Below are positions 55,362 to 64,000 of a stretch of 64,000 bases of DNA, one piece after another. A program made the position numbers and the translations under genes. The stretch is from an uncultured Actinomycetota bacterium (GTDB lineage: Bacteria > Actinomycetota > Actinomycetes > Mycobacteriales > Pseudonocardiaceae). The notes beneath the pieces were generated by a model. It saw only the letters and a program-made list of their open reading frames with translations. It made no database searches and was not told the DNA's origin. Every line of letters begins with the position of its first letter. The first letter of the stretch is position 1. The DNA lies in assembly GCA_963728105.1 (NCBI GenBank), contig CAVSJZ010000033.1, forward strand, positions 40,847-104,846, in the 5' to 3' direction.

Positions 55362-57831
55362 GCCCGCGCCGGAGGACCCGGCCCGCGCGTACTGGCGGGC
55401 CGTGCTGGTCGCGGGTGGGCGGACCGAGCTGCCGCGCTGGACGCTCGACCCGGCCGCCGGCGTGGCCGTGCACGAGGAGCCGATCCCGGCGGGGCTGCAG
55501 GCGGCGGCGGACGGGCTGGGCGCGTCACGGCCGGCGGTCTGGCTCGCGGTGCACGCGGCCATACTGGCGGCCGTCTCCGGCGAGGCGGAGGTCGTGGCCG
55601 GTCGCCTGACCGGGTCCGGGGCCCGGCCCTGCCGGGTCGACACCGGGGTGCGGTCGTGGCGCGAGCTGGTGGCGGCCGCCGCCAGGGTCGACGTCGACGC
55701 CGTCGCGTACGCCGGGTTCGCGGTCGAGGACCTGCGCCGCGAGCTGGGCGTGACGGGGCCGGAGTTCGACACCGTGCTCGACGCGCAGGGCCCTGGCCGC
55801 GACCCCGAGGGCCGGGAGGTGGCGGTCCTGGGCGTGGTCGAGGGCGCCGGGCAGGCGTCGCTGGTGGTGCGGTACCGCACCGACGTCCTCGACGCGGACG
55901 CGGCGGCCCGGCTGGCCGGCTACCACGTCACCGCGCTGCAGCGGGTCGCCTCGGCTCCGGACGCCGCCCCGGCGGGGCAGAGCCTGGTGTCGGCGCAGGA
56001 GGTGGCGTGGCAGGTGGAGCGGTTCGCCGGGCCGGTGCGCCCGCTGCCGGACGTGCGCGCGCACGAGGTGTTCGAGCAGGTGGCGGCCCGCTGGCCGGAC
56101 CGGGTCGCGGCCGTGTGCCGGACCGAGACCCTGACGTACGCGCAGCTGAACGCACGGGCCAACCGCGTGGCGCGCGCGCTGCTGGCCGGGGGGCTGCGGC
56201 CAGAGGACGTGGTCGCCGTGGTGACCGAGCGGGACCTGGACTGGCTGACCGCGATGCTCGCGGTGTTCAAGGCCGGCGGGGTGTACCTCCCGATCGAGCC
56301 GCACTTCCCGGCCGAGCGGATCGCGGCGGTGCTGCGGCGGTCGGACTGCCGGTTCGTGCTCACCCAGTACGGGGCGACGGCCACCCTGGAGCAGGCGCTG
56401 ACCGCGAGCCCGGCCATGGCGGTGTCGACCGTCGCCGAGGCCGTCGCGCAGGACCGCGGCGAGGCGAACCCGGACGTCGAGGTCGGCGCGGACCAGCTCG
56501 CCTACATCTACTTCACCTCCGGCTCGACCGGCGAGCCGAAGGGCGCGATGTGCGAGCACGCGGGGATGCTCAACCACCTGCTGGCCAAGATCGAGGACCT
56601 CGGGATCGACGAGGGCAGCGTCGTGGCGCAGGTCGCGCCGCAGTGCTTCGACATCTCGCTGTGGCAGCTGGTCTCGGCCCTGCTGGTGGGCGGCCGGACG
56701 GTCATCGTCCCGCAGGACGTCGTGCTGGACGCCGACCGGTTCCTGGACACGCTCGCCACCGAGCGGGTCGCGGTGGCGCAGGTCGTGCCGTCCTACCTGG
56801 AGGTGCTGCTCAGCCTGCTGGCCCGCAGCCCGCAGGCGCTGGCGGACCTGCGGATCGTGTCGGTCACCGGGGAGGCGGTGAAGAAGGAGCTGGTGCAGCG
56901 GTGGTTCGCCACGGTGGAGGGCGTGCCGCTGGTCAACGCCTACGGCCTGACCGAGACCTCGGACGACACCAACCACGAGGTGCTGCGCGCGGTGCCGCAC
57001 CACGAGCGGGTGCCGCTCGGTCCGTCGGTGCGCAACGTGCGCGTCATGATCGTCGACGAGGACCTGGTGCCGGTGCCCGCCGGGGCGCCCGGGCTGATCG
57101 CGTTCGCCGGGGTGTGCGTCGGGCGCGGGTACGTCAACGACCCGCAGCGCACGCGGGACTGCTACCGCACGGACCCCTACCGGCCCGGTGAGCGGCTGTA
57201 CCTGGGCGGCGACTACGGGCGCTGGCTGCCGGAGGGCAAGCTGGAGTTCCTCGGGCGCCGCGACGGGCAGGTGAAGGTGCGCGGGTTCCGGATCGAGCTG
57301 GGCGAGGTGGAGAACGCGCTGCTGCGGGTCGCCGGGGTCCGCGACGCCGCGGTCGTCGTGGCCGACGACGGGCGGGGAGCCCGGCTGGTCGGGTTCTGCG
57401 CCGCCGACGTCCCGCTGGCCGGCGACGACGTCCGCGACGAGATCGGGCGGACGCTGCCCGAGTACATGGTGCCCTCGGCCGTCCACCAGCGCGACACGCT
57501 GCCGCTGACCGCCAACGGCAAGATCGACCGCAAGGCGCTGCGCGTCCTCGCCACCGAGCTGGCCGCGGTCCCCGCGGCCGCGGCGGCCGGCGGGCACCGG
57601 CCCCCGGCGACGGCGGCGGAGACCCGGCTCGCCCGGGCGTGGGCGGACGTCCTGGGCCTGGACGAGGCCCAGATCGACCGGGACGCCGACTTCTTCGCCA
57701 TCGGGGGGACGTCGCTGTCCGCGGTCAAGCTGGCCGTGGTGCTCGGGCGGGTCGTGTCGCTGCCCGAGATCACGCGCAACCCGGTGCTCGCCGACCTCGC
57801 CCGCCTGCTGGACGCGAAGGCCCCAGGCTAG
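55039..57831 (+). CDS. Stand-alone NRPS module (degenerate C - A - PCP, no TE)
   Basis: GGAG RBS; A-domain cores 'LTYAQL', 'YIYFTSGSTGEPKG', 'FDISLWQ', 'NAYGLTE', 'GRRDGQVKVRGFRIELGEVE', 'NGKIDR'; PCP 'FFAIGGTSL'. Confidence 0.93.
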   Translation: MTSTDPQPFPSPTFGGPPFPAPTFDALSFPAPAFSAPTFPAPAFPAPASDAPSFPAPPSDAAPFPAVPSDAPAFPAPAFPAPGFPAPPSRAALRPVRTPAPTCALWPEPAPEDPARAYWRAVLVAGGRTELPRWTLDPAAGVAVHEEPIPAGLQAAADGLGASRPAVWLAVHAAILAAVSGEAEVVAGRLTGSGARPCRVDTGVRSWRELVAAAARVDVDAVAYAGFAVEDLRRELGVTGPEFDTVLDAQGPGRDPEGREVAVLGVVEGAGQASLVVRYRTDVLDADAAARLAGYHVTALQRVASAPDAAPAGQSLVSAQEVAWQVERFAGPVRPLPDVRAHEVFEQVAARWPDRVAAVCRTETLTYAQLNARANRVARALLAGGLRPEDVVAVVTERDLDWLTAMLAVFKAGGVYLPIEPHFPAERIAAVLRRSDCRFVLTQYGATATLEQALTASPAMAVSTVAEAVAQDRGEANPDVEVGADQLAYIYFTSGSTGEPKGAMCEHAGMLNHLLAKIEDLGIDEGSVVAQVAPQCFDISLWQLVSALLVGGRTVIVPQDVVLDADRFLDTLATERVAVAQVVPSYLEVLLSLLARSPQALADLRIVSVTGEAVKKELVQRWFATVEGVPLVNAYGLTETSDDTNHEVLRAVPHHERVPLGPSVRNVRVMIVDEDLVPVPAGAPGLIAFAGVCVGRGYVNDPQRTRDCYRTDPYRPGERLYLGGDYGRWLPEGKLEFLGRRDGQVKVRGFRIELGEVENALLRVAGVRDAAVVVADDGRGARLVGFCAADVPLAGDDVRDEIGRTLPEYMVPSAVHQRDTLPLTANGKIDRKALRVLATELAAVPAAAAAGGHRPPATAAETRLARAWADVLGLDEAQIDRDADFFAIGGTSLSAVKLAVVLGRVVSLPEITRNPVLADLARLLDAKAPG
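55063..55305 (+). repeat. About 16 tandem 15-bp units (TTCCCGGCCCCGGCG-like) inside the overlap of two ORFs
   Basis: Encodes FPAPx pentapeptides in the NRPS frame and VPGPG/VRRPx in the Pls frame. Confidence 0.9.
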
Positions 57832-57994
57832 GCCGTGTCCCGTGGATCACGGGCGAGGGATTCGTGATCCAGATGGCTGCTCGCAAGGCGGAGGGCGGCT
57901 CTCGTACCCGGGCGTACTCGAGCCGTCCGACAACGCAGCGAGCGGCCATCTGGGCGCGAATACCGCGTTCGCTGATCCACGGGACACGGCCTAG
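57828..57994. mobile_element. 167-bp palindromic MITE-like element with 22-bp perfect terminal inverted repeats
   Basis: CTAGGCCGTGTCCCGTGGATCA ... TGATCCACGGGACACGGCCTAG; inner arms CCAGATGGCTGCTCGC / GCGAGCGGCCATCTGG; no transposase. Confidence 0.85.
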
Positions 57995-58002
57995 GCGTCG
58001 GG

Positions 58003-59217
58003 TCAGACCGCGACGAGCGGGTGGCGGCGGTCGCGCGCGGCGCCCTTCACGGCCCGCCGAGCGAGGGTCACGCCGCTGCGCACCCGCCGCAGCGGCTCGA
58101 TCTGCGTGGCCAGGTGCACCTGGTAGCGCCACGGCGGCTGGTCGTTGCGCCGGTCGAAGATCGAGTAGGCGACGTTGACCGGGGCGTGGGCGTTCAGCCG
58201 CGCGTCGGCCTCCTCGAACCAGCGCATGCTCGCCATCGCCGTGTCCTGCACCCGCTCGACCTGCGGGCGGCGGACCCGGTCGTAGGCCGCGAGGCCGTCG
58301 GCCAGGTCGACCCCCGGGACCAGCGCGTGCTCGACCAGCGCGACGGCGTCGAGCAGGCCCAGCGAGGTGCCGGAGCCGATGCCGAAGTTCGTCGTGTGCG
58401 CGGCGTCGCCGACCAGCGCGACGTTGCGGTGGTACCAGCGCGCGCACCGGATCTCGCGGAACGTCACCCACTCCTGGCGCACCGCGGCCCGCGGCGGCTG
58501 CAGCACCGGGTGCCCCTCGAGGACCGGCGCGAAGATCCGCTCGATCCGCCGCAGCTGGGCGTCCGGGCCGAGGCGGTCGAAGCCGAGGCCCGACCAGGTC
58601 GAGGGCGCGCACTCGACGATGAAGGTGCTGCTGTTCGTCGCCGACGGGTACGTCCAGGCCCAGACCCAGCCGGCGGGCGTGCTCCGGAAGTGCCACTGGA
58701 AGGTCGGGACGACCTTGGTCGTGCCCAGCCACGTGTACCGGTTGCGGCCGGGGGTGAACGTCGGGCGGAACGCGGCGGCGTGGCGCGTGCGCAGCCGGCT
58801 GCCGACGCCGTCGGCCGCGACGACGAGGTCGGAGTCGAGCTCGCAGGCGTTGTCGACCATCTCCTCGTAGCGCAGCCGCACCCCGAGCTCGCGGGCCCGG
58901 TCGGTGAGGATGTCCTGCATCGCCGCGCGGTTGATCGCGTAGCCGTAGCGGCCGCCGATGTGCACGGGAGCCCGGTCGTCGATGCAGACGCGCTGACCGT
59001 TCCACTCCCGCGACGCGACCCGCAGCCGGCGGCCGGTGAGCGGGTCCTGGGCGTAGAGCTCGTCGAGCAGCTCGTCGCTCCACGAGACGCCCCAGCCGTG
59101 CGTGGCGCCGGGCCGGTTGCGCTCGACCACCGTGACGTCGTGACGTCGGTCGCGCAGCTTGGCGAGGATCGCGCAGTACATCCCCGCAGGGCCACCGCCA
59201 ACGCACGTGATCTTCAT
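58003..59217 (-). CDS. FAD-dependent monooxygenase (VioD / salicylyl-CoA hydroxylase-like)
   Basis: 'KITCVGGGPAG', 'GWGVSWS', 'VAADGVGSRLR', 'LVGDAAHTTNFGIGSGT'. Confidence 0.9.
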   Translation of the reverse strand: MKITCVGGGPAGMYCAILAKLRDRRHDVTVVERNRPGATHGWGVSWSDELLDELYAQDPLTGRRLRVASREWNGQRVCIDDRAPVHIGGRYGYAINRAAMQDILTDRARELGVRLRYEEMVDNACELDSDLVVAADGVGSRLRTRHAAAFRPTFTPGRNRYTWLGTTKVVPTFQWHFRSTPAGWVWAWTYPSATNSSTFIVECAPSTWSGLGFDRLGPDAQLRRIERIFAPVLEGHPVLQPPRAAVRQEWVTFREIRCARWYHRNVALVGDAAHTTNFGIGSGTSLGLLDAVALVEHALVPGVDLADGLAAYDRVRRPQVERVQDTAMASMRWFEEADARLNAHAPVNVAYSIFDRRNDQPPWRYQVHLATQIEPLRRVRSGVTLARRAVKGAARDRRHPLVAV

Positions 59218-59530
59218 ACCCGCCCTTCCTGTCGTTCGACGGCCCGGAAAGGTAGCAACCGTCATCCGGTCATTCGGTGTAGCGACACGCACCCGAAACG
59301 GTGGCTCGCAGACTCACAGGCCACGCTTAACCGGGGCATTCGGCCATCAATCGGTCACACTGCGCACCAGGAGTCGCCGTGCGCACCGCGACGGACCGAC
59401 CTGTTCGGCCCAACCGCCGTCAGGACCAGGGGTGGCGGACGCCCTGGTAGGCGCACGTCGTCCGCGCCGGCGGGGCGGAGGTCGACGAGGACGCCGCCGC
59501 GAGGGCGTCACGCAGTCGCATCCGGCCACC

Positions 59531-61039
59531 TCATCCGGTCGGTCCGGTCGACGGGCGGAGCCGCTGCGCGCGCAGGGCCGAGCGACGCACCTTGCCCGCG
59601 TCGTCGCGCAGCGGCACCTCGACTCGTTCGACGGAGCGGGGCACCTTGACCGGTTCCAGGAGCGCGCGCACGTGCGCGATGATCGCGTCGTCGGTCACCG
59701 TGCTCCCGGGCGCGAGCTCGACCAGCGCGTGCGGGAGCGCCCCGAGGTCCTCGTCCGGCAGCCCGATCACGCACGACGACCGCACCGCGGGGTGCGCGTC
59801 CAGCGCGGCCTCGACCTCCGCCGGGTACACGTTCGCCCCGCCGACGAGGATCATGTCCGTGTCGCGGTCGGTCACGTAGACGTAGCCGTCCTCGTCGAGG
59901 AAGCCCAGGTCGCCCAGCGACTCCCAGTTGCCGCCCGCGGCCTTGGCCTGCGCGCCGACGTAGCGGTACGGCACGGCCACGTCGACGTCGCCGCGGCGCA
60001 TCCACAGCTCGCCCACCGCGCGCGGCGGCAGGACGGTGCCGTCCGGGCCGCGGCACTCGATCTGGCCGATCACCGGCCGGCCCACCGACCCCTCGTGCTC
60101 GAGGTACTCGGTGCCGGTGATCACCGTCATCGCCTGCAGCTCGGTGCCGCCGTAGAGCTCGAGGACCTTCTCCGGTCCGAGCCAGCCGATCCACTCCTTC
60201 TTCAGCCACGGCGCGCACGGCGCCGCCATGTGGAAGACGATCCGCAGCGACGACAGGTCGTGGGCCCGGCGCTGCTCGTCCGGCAGGCGCCAGATGCGCT
60301 GCATCATCGTCGGCACCAGGTAGAGCCAGTCGATGCGGTGCCGCTCGACCAGCTCCAGCACCGCATCGGCCGCAAAGCGCGGCATGACCACGACGTGGTT
60401 GCCCAGCAGCAGGCCCGCGACCATCGCGACGAACGGGGCGTTGTGCGTCATCGGTCCCGTGACCAGCAGCGAGCGGTCGGGCAGCACGCGCAGGAGCAGG
60501 CCGAGCGGGCCGACGGTGTCGGCGTCGGCCGGGCTCGTCGCGACGATGAGCTTCGGGCGCCCCGTCGAGCCCCCGCTGGTGACGACCTTCCATTCCGGCG
60601 ACATCGCCGCGGGGGCGGTGAACCGCGGCGCCGTGCCGTCCCCGGCCGTCGCGGCGACCTGGGCCGCCGACAGCACCGGACGCGCGCCGGCGACGTCCGC
60701 ACCGACGTCGGCGGTCTGCGCCGCCACGACGAGCGCGGGATCGGCCAGCGCGAGGATCGCGGCGCGCTCGGCGGCGGGCAGCCGCGGGGAGATCGGCTGC
60801 GGGGTGGCCCCGAGCAGCCACGCGGCCAGCGACGCCTGGACGAACTCGACCCCGTTCGGCAGCGCGACCGTGACCCAGGAGCCCGGGCCCACGCCGCGGT
60901 CGGCGAACAGCGAAGCGACCCGCTCGACCGAGGCGACCAGTTCCGCGCGCGTGAGGGTCGTCGCGCCGGCCGTCAGCGCGGGCCGGTCGGGCGCCGTGGC
61001 GGCCTGCGCCCGGATGGCGTCCACGAACGGTGTCGGCAT
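59531..61039 (-). CDS. Acyl-CoA ligase (bile acid-CoA ligase-like)
   Basis: 'TSGGSTGRPKLI', 'YGGTE', 'SLGDLG', 'DMILVGGANVYPAEVE', 'RDDAGKVRR'. Confidence 0.9.
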   Translation of the reverse strand: MPTPFVDAIRAQAATAPDRPALTAGATTLTRAELVASVERVASLFADRGVGPGSWVTVALPNGVEFVQASLAAWLLGATPQPISPRLPAAERAAILALADPALVVAAQTADVGADVAGARPVLSAAQVAATAGDGTAPRFTAPAAMSPEWKVVTSGGSTGRPKLIVATSPADADTVGPLGLLLRVLPDRSLLVTGPMTHNAPFVAMVAGLLLGNHVVVMPRFAADAVLELVERHRIDWLYLVPTMMQRIWRLPDEQRRAHDLSSLRIVFHMAAPCAPWLKKEWIGWLGPEKVLELYGGTELQAMTVITGTEYLEHEGSVGRPVIGQIECRGPDGTVLPPRAVGELWMRRGDVDVAVPYRYVGAQAKAAGGNWESLGDLGFLDEDGYVYVTDRDTDMILVGGANVYPAEVEAALDAHPAVRSSCVIGLPDEDLGALPHALVELAPGSTVTDDAIIAHVRALLEPVKVPRSVERVEVPLRDDAGKVRRSALRAQRLRPSTGPTG

Positions 61040-61084
61040 GGCGTCAACGTACGGCCGCAGCCGCCGTGTGCAAGGCTTGCCGGG

Positions 61085-61700
61085 TTCACCGACGTGCGCT
61101 CGATACCGTCGGGCGTCGACTTCGTCAACACGATCACGGCGGCGGTGTCCAGCAGCGAGGTCGGCTCCCGCTGATCGGCCCGCGGTGGCTGACGTTCGCC
61201 GACGAGGCGGGGCGCCGCCGGCTCGACGATCCGGCGGACTTCGTGCGGCTGGAGATCGAGACGGCACTGGGCCACGGGGTCCGCATCATTCCGGTGCTGG
61301 TCAACGGCGCCCGCATGCCGAGTGAGCAGGAGCTGTCGCCGAGCATGGCGATGCTCGCTCGCCGACAGGCGTTCGAGCTCGGTTCGGACAGGTCCGAGCT
61401 CGATGTTCGGCGCCTGATCGCCGAGATGGAACGGGCACCCACCCGAAACGGCGGACGGGGTGGGCGACTCGCGCGCCTCGTCACCACGCGACCGGTGGCC
61501 ACCCTCCTGACCATGGCGCTCGTCGCGACCGTCGTGTTCGGCGTCGGTCGCGACCGTCGTGTTCGGCGTCGCCCGCTTCGGTGCCGGCCTGTTCGCCGGC
61601 ACCGGCTCTCCACAGCCGAGCGCGCCGGACGCCCTCACGGGCGTGACGGCCGTCGCGGCCGGCTGGCACCACAGCCTCGCGTTGCTGGGGAACGGCGCGG
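61085..61700 (+). pseudogene. Decayed TIR-domain + TM + RCC1-repeat gene
   Basis: 'FTDVRSIPSGVDFVNTITAAVSSSEV' /fs/ 'LIGPRWL...RRLDDPADFVRLEIETAL..IIPVLVNGARMP'; 25-bp tandem duplication at 61522-61571; 'LTGVTAVAAGWHHSLALLGNG'. Confidence 0.78.
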
Positions 61701-61836
61701 CACGCTCGCCAACCGCATCCCCCTCCCCCGAACTGGTGGCCGATCGCCACCTCCTGCGCCAGGCCGTCGGGCCGCGCGAGCAGGATCCGCGTCCCGCCGC
61801 CCGGTGGCCCGACCACCACCCACCTGCTTCGGCGGG

Positions 61837-62817
61837 CTACCCCCGACCGGCCGGCGCGTCCCAGTCGAGCAACGGGCCCGCCGGCACGATGCGGCTGGGG
61901 TTGAGCTGGGGATGGGTCATGAAGTAGTGGCGCTTGATGTGGTCGAAGTCCGTCGTGCCGCCGAAGGCCGGCACCGCGTAGAGGTCGCGGGCGTAGGCCC
62001 ACAGGTTCGGGTAGTCGACCAGCCGCCTCAGGTTCGCCTTGAAGTGCGTGACGTAGACGGCGTCGAAGCGCACGAGGGTGACCCACAGTCGCACGTCGGC
62101 CTCGGTGATCCGCTCGCCGAACAGGTAGCGCGCACCGGCCAGGCGGGCCTCCAGCTCGTCGAGGCGGGAGAACAGCGCCACGACCGCGCGGTCGTACGCC
62201 TCCTGCGACGGCGCGAACCCGCACCGGTAGACGCCGTTGTTGACGTCGGTGTAGACGCGCTCGTTGAGCTCGTCGATCTCCGGCCGGAGCCGTTCGGGGT
62301 AGAGGTCGACGTCCGGGTGCTGCGCCCACTCCCGGAACCGGGTCCCGAGGTCCAGCGAGATGTCGGGGAAGTTGTTGCTGACGATGCGGCCCGTCCTCGT
62401 GTCCCACAGCAGCGGCACCGAGACGTGGCCGTCGTACCCGGGCTCCGTCGCCTCGTAGGCCTCCCGGAGCAGGGTGAAGCCGTTGACCGGGTCGGGACCG
62501 TGCCCGGGCCCCTCGCGGAACGCCCATCCCCGCCCGTCCCGGATCGGGTCGACGACCGACATCGAGACGACGTCCTCCAGGCCGAGCAGGGCCCGCACGA
62601 TCGCCGAGCGGTGCGCCCACGGGCAGGCCCACGAGACGTAGAGGTGGTAGCGCCCGGGCTCGGCCGGGAAGCCGCTGCTGCCGTCGGCGGTGATGCGACC
62701 CCGGAACGGGTAGAGCGCCCGCTGGAACCCGCCGTCCGCCGACGGCCTGCCCTTGAAGCCGTACGCGCCGTACCGCTCGAAGTCCACGGGACCGGCGACC
62801 GGGATCGATGTCGTCAC
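61837..62817 (-). CDS. Glutathionyl-hydroquinone reductase (Xi-class GST, YqjG/ECM4-like)
   Basis: 'GRYHLYVSWACPWAHR', 'VSVPLLWD', 'VNNGVYRCGFA', 'TLVRFDAVY', 'HIKRHY'. Confidence 0.92.
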   Translation of the reverse strand: MTTSIPVAGPVDFERYGAYGFKGRPSADGGFQRALYPFRGRITADGSSGFPAEPGRYHLYVSWACPWAHRSAIVRALLGLEDVVSMSVVDPIRDGRGWAFREGPGHGPDPVNGFTLLREAYEATEPGYDGHVSVPLLWDTRTGRIVSNNFPDISLDLGTRFREWAQHPDVDLYPERLRPEIDELNERVYTDVNNGVYRCGFAPSQEAYDRAVVALFSRLDELEARLAGARYLFGERITEADVRLWVTLVRFDAVYVTHFKANLRRLVDYPNLWAYARDLYAVPAFGGTTDFDHIKRHYFMTHPQLNPSRIVPAGPLLDWDAPAGRG

Positions 62818-62891
62818 GGATCTTCCTCGGATCGGGCCGACTGCTGACGTTCCTCCGACTCTAGCCCGCGTGACGTGGGGATACTCGAACC

Positions 62892-63902
62892 ATGAGCTGG
62901 CTCCCGGTGCTGCGCAGGGCCGGGCGCCGGACCAACCTGGCCCTGTTCGTGCTGCTGACCGGCGCGTTCGGCACCGGCTGGCTGGCCTTCGCCACGGCGT
63001 CGCCGCTGCCCGCCACGCTCGTCACGGCGGCGCACGGCCTCCTCGGGATCGGCGTCGTCGCGCTCGCGCCGTGGAAGGCGACGATCGTGCGCCGCGCCCG
63101 GACGTGGCGCCCGGCGAGCCTGCTGCTCGCCGCCGCGGTCGTGGCGTGCCTGGCGGGCGGGTTCGTGCTGGTCCTCGCCGGTCCGGTCGACGTGGCCGGG
63201 CTGACGGCGGTGCAGCTGCACGTGGGCGGCGCGCTGGTCGCGACGCCGCTGCTGGTGGCGCACCTGGCGCGGTACCGGCGCCGGCAGGGGCCGCGGCGGC
63301 GGGACCTGGGCCGCCGCGCGCTGCTGCGCACCGGCGGCTTCGCGGCGGCGACGGTCGCGGGCTACCTCCTGCTGGAGGGCGTGGGCCGGTGGACGGGCTC
63401 GGCCGCCGGGCGCGCGCCCACCGGTTCGCACCCGGTCGCGCCGGCCGCCGTGCCCGCCACCAGCTGGCTGCTGGACGCGGTTCCGGCGTTGGACGCCGCG
63501 ACCCACCGGGTCGACGTCGCGGGCCGGCCGTTCGCCGTGGCCGACCTCGCGGCCGCCGCGGAACCGCTCGCCGCCCGGCTGGACTGCACGAGCGGCTGGT
63601 ACGCCGACGAGACCTGGACGGCGACCCGGCTCGACCGGCTGCTCCCCGCCGCCGGGCTCGCGGCGGCAGCGAGCATCGAGGTGGTCAGCGAGACCGGCTA
63701 CACGCGGCTGTTCCCCGCGTCCGACGCCGCGCGCCTGTGGCTGGCCACCGCCGCCGGCGGGCGGTCGCTGCGACCGGGGCGGGGCGCGCCCGTCCGGCTG
63801 GTGGCGCCGGGGCGGCGCGGGTTCTGGTGGGTGAAGTGGGTGGCCGCGGTCCGGCTGTCCGACCGACCGGCGTGGGCGCAGCCGCCGTTCCCGCTGCAGT
63901 GA
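62892..63902 (+). CDS. Membrane-anchored molybdopterin oxidoreductase (sulfite oxidase family)
   Basis: N-terminal TMs; 'LDCTSGWY', 'GRGAPVRLVAPGRRGFWWVKWV'. Confidence 0.85.
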   Translation: MSWLPVLRRAGRRTNLALFVLLTGAFGTGWLAFATASPLPATLVTAAHGLLGIGVVALAPWKATIVRRARTWRPASLLLAAAVVACLAGGFVLVLAGPVDVAGLTAVQLHVGGALVATPLLVAHLARYRRRQGPRRRDLGRRALLRTGGFAAATVAGYLLLEGVGRWTGSAAGRAPTGSHPVAPAAVPATSWLLDAVPALDAATHRVDVAGRPFAVADLAAAAEPLAARLDCTSGWYADETWTATRLDRLLPAAGLAAAASIEVVSETGYTRLFPASDAARLWLATAAGGRSLRPGRGAPVRLVAPGRRGFWWVKWVAAVRLSDRPAWAQPPFPLQ

Positions 63903-64000
63903 GGACCGGTGCCGTGCAGCCAGCTGCCGCGAACACCGCTGCGGTGAGACCTGCTGTGGTGAAGACCGCTGTGACGACCGCTGCTGTGACGACCGCTGCA

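Noticed and set aside
58003-61039. FAD monooxygenase and CoA ligase as tailoring genes of the NRPS
   Set aside because: Convergent, separated by a MITE and a 300-bp gap; homopolymer synthetases do not need them; no evidence of linkage
63930-64000. Degenerate 15-bp repeats (GACCGCTGCTGTGAC) at the window edge
   Set aside because: Truncated by the window end; probably the low-complexity start of the next gene

Overview
Very GC-rich actinomycete DNA (Pseudonocardia-like by gene content; taxon is a guess). It reads as a mosaic accessory region with about 50 CDS and no rRNA, tRNA or CRISPR. Main blocks: (1) TetR, SerA-like dehydrogenase, DUF1015 and a CPA1 antiporter. (2) A partly duplicated WhiB/GAF-ANTAR regulatory module: a 924-bp near-identical direct repeat 14.2 kb apart, plus a conserved structured leader present twice. 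(3) A DosS-like kinase followed by an alcohol/acetate island: desaturase, thiolase, acs, acuC, mno/mdo, MadB-like AAA, a stand-alone mftD, and two ALDH+DUF779 pairs. (4) SPFH protein, phosphoketolase, plant/fungal-type P3A H+-ATPase and FtsH, then gntK-gntP. (5) A split epsilon-poly-lysine-synthetase-like system: a membrane polymerase with tandem carrier domains plus a separate A-PCP protein predicted to load a diamino acid, ended by a palindromic MITE. (6) FAD monooxygenase, CoA ligase, a decayed TIR-TM-RCC1 gene, a Xi-class GST and a Mo-oxidoreductase. Six single-base frameshifts in otherwise intact genes, mostly in G/C runs, suggest assembly indels. Short gene relics (amidohydrolase, whiB, BVMO, SQR, TIR) sit between blocks. 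All calls come from reading motifs by eye; no database searches were run.
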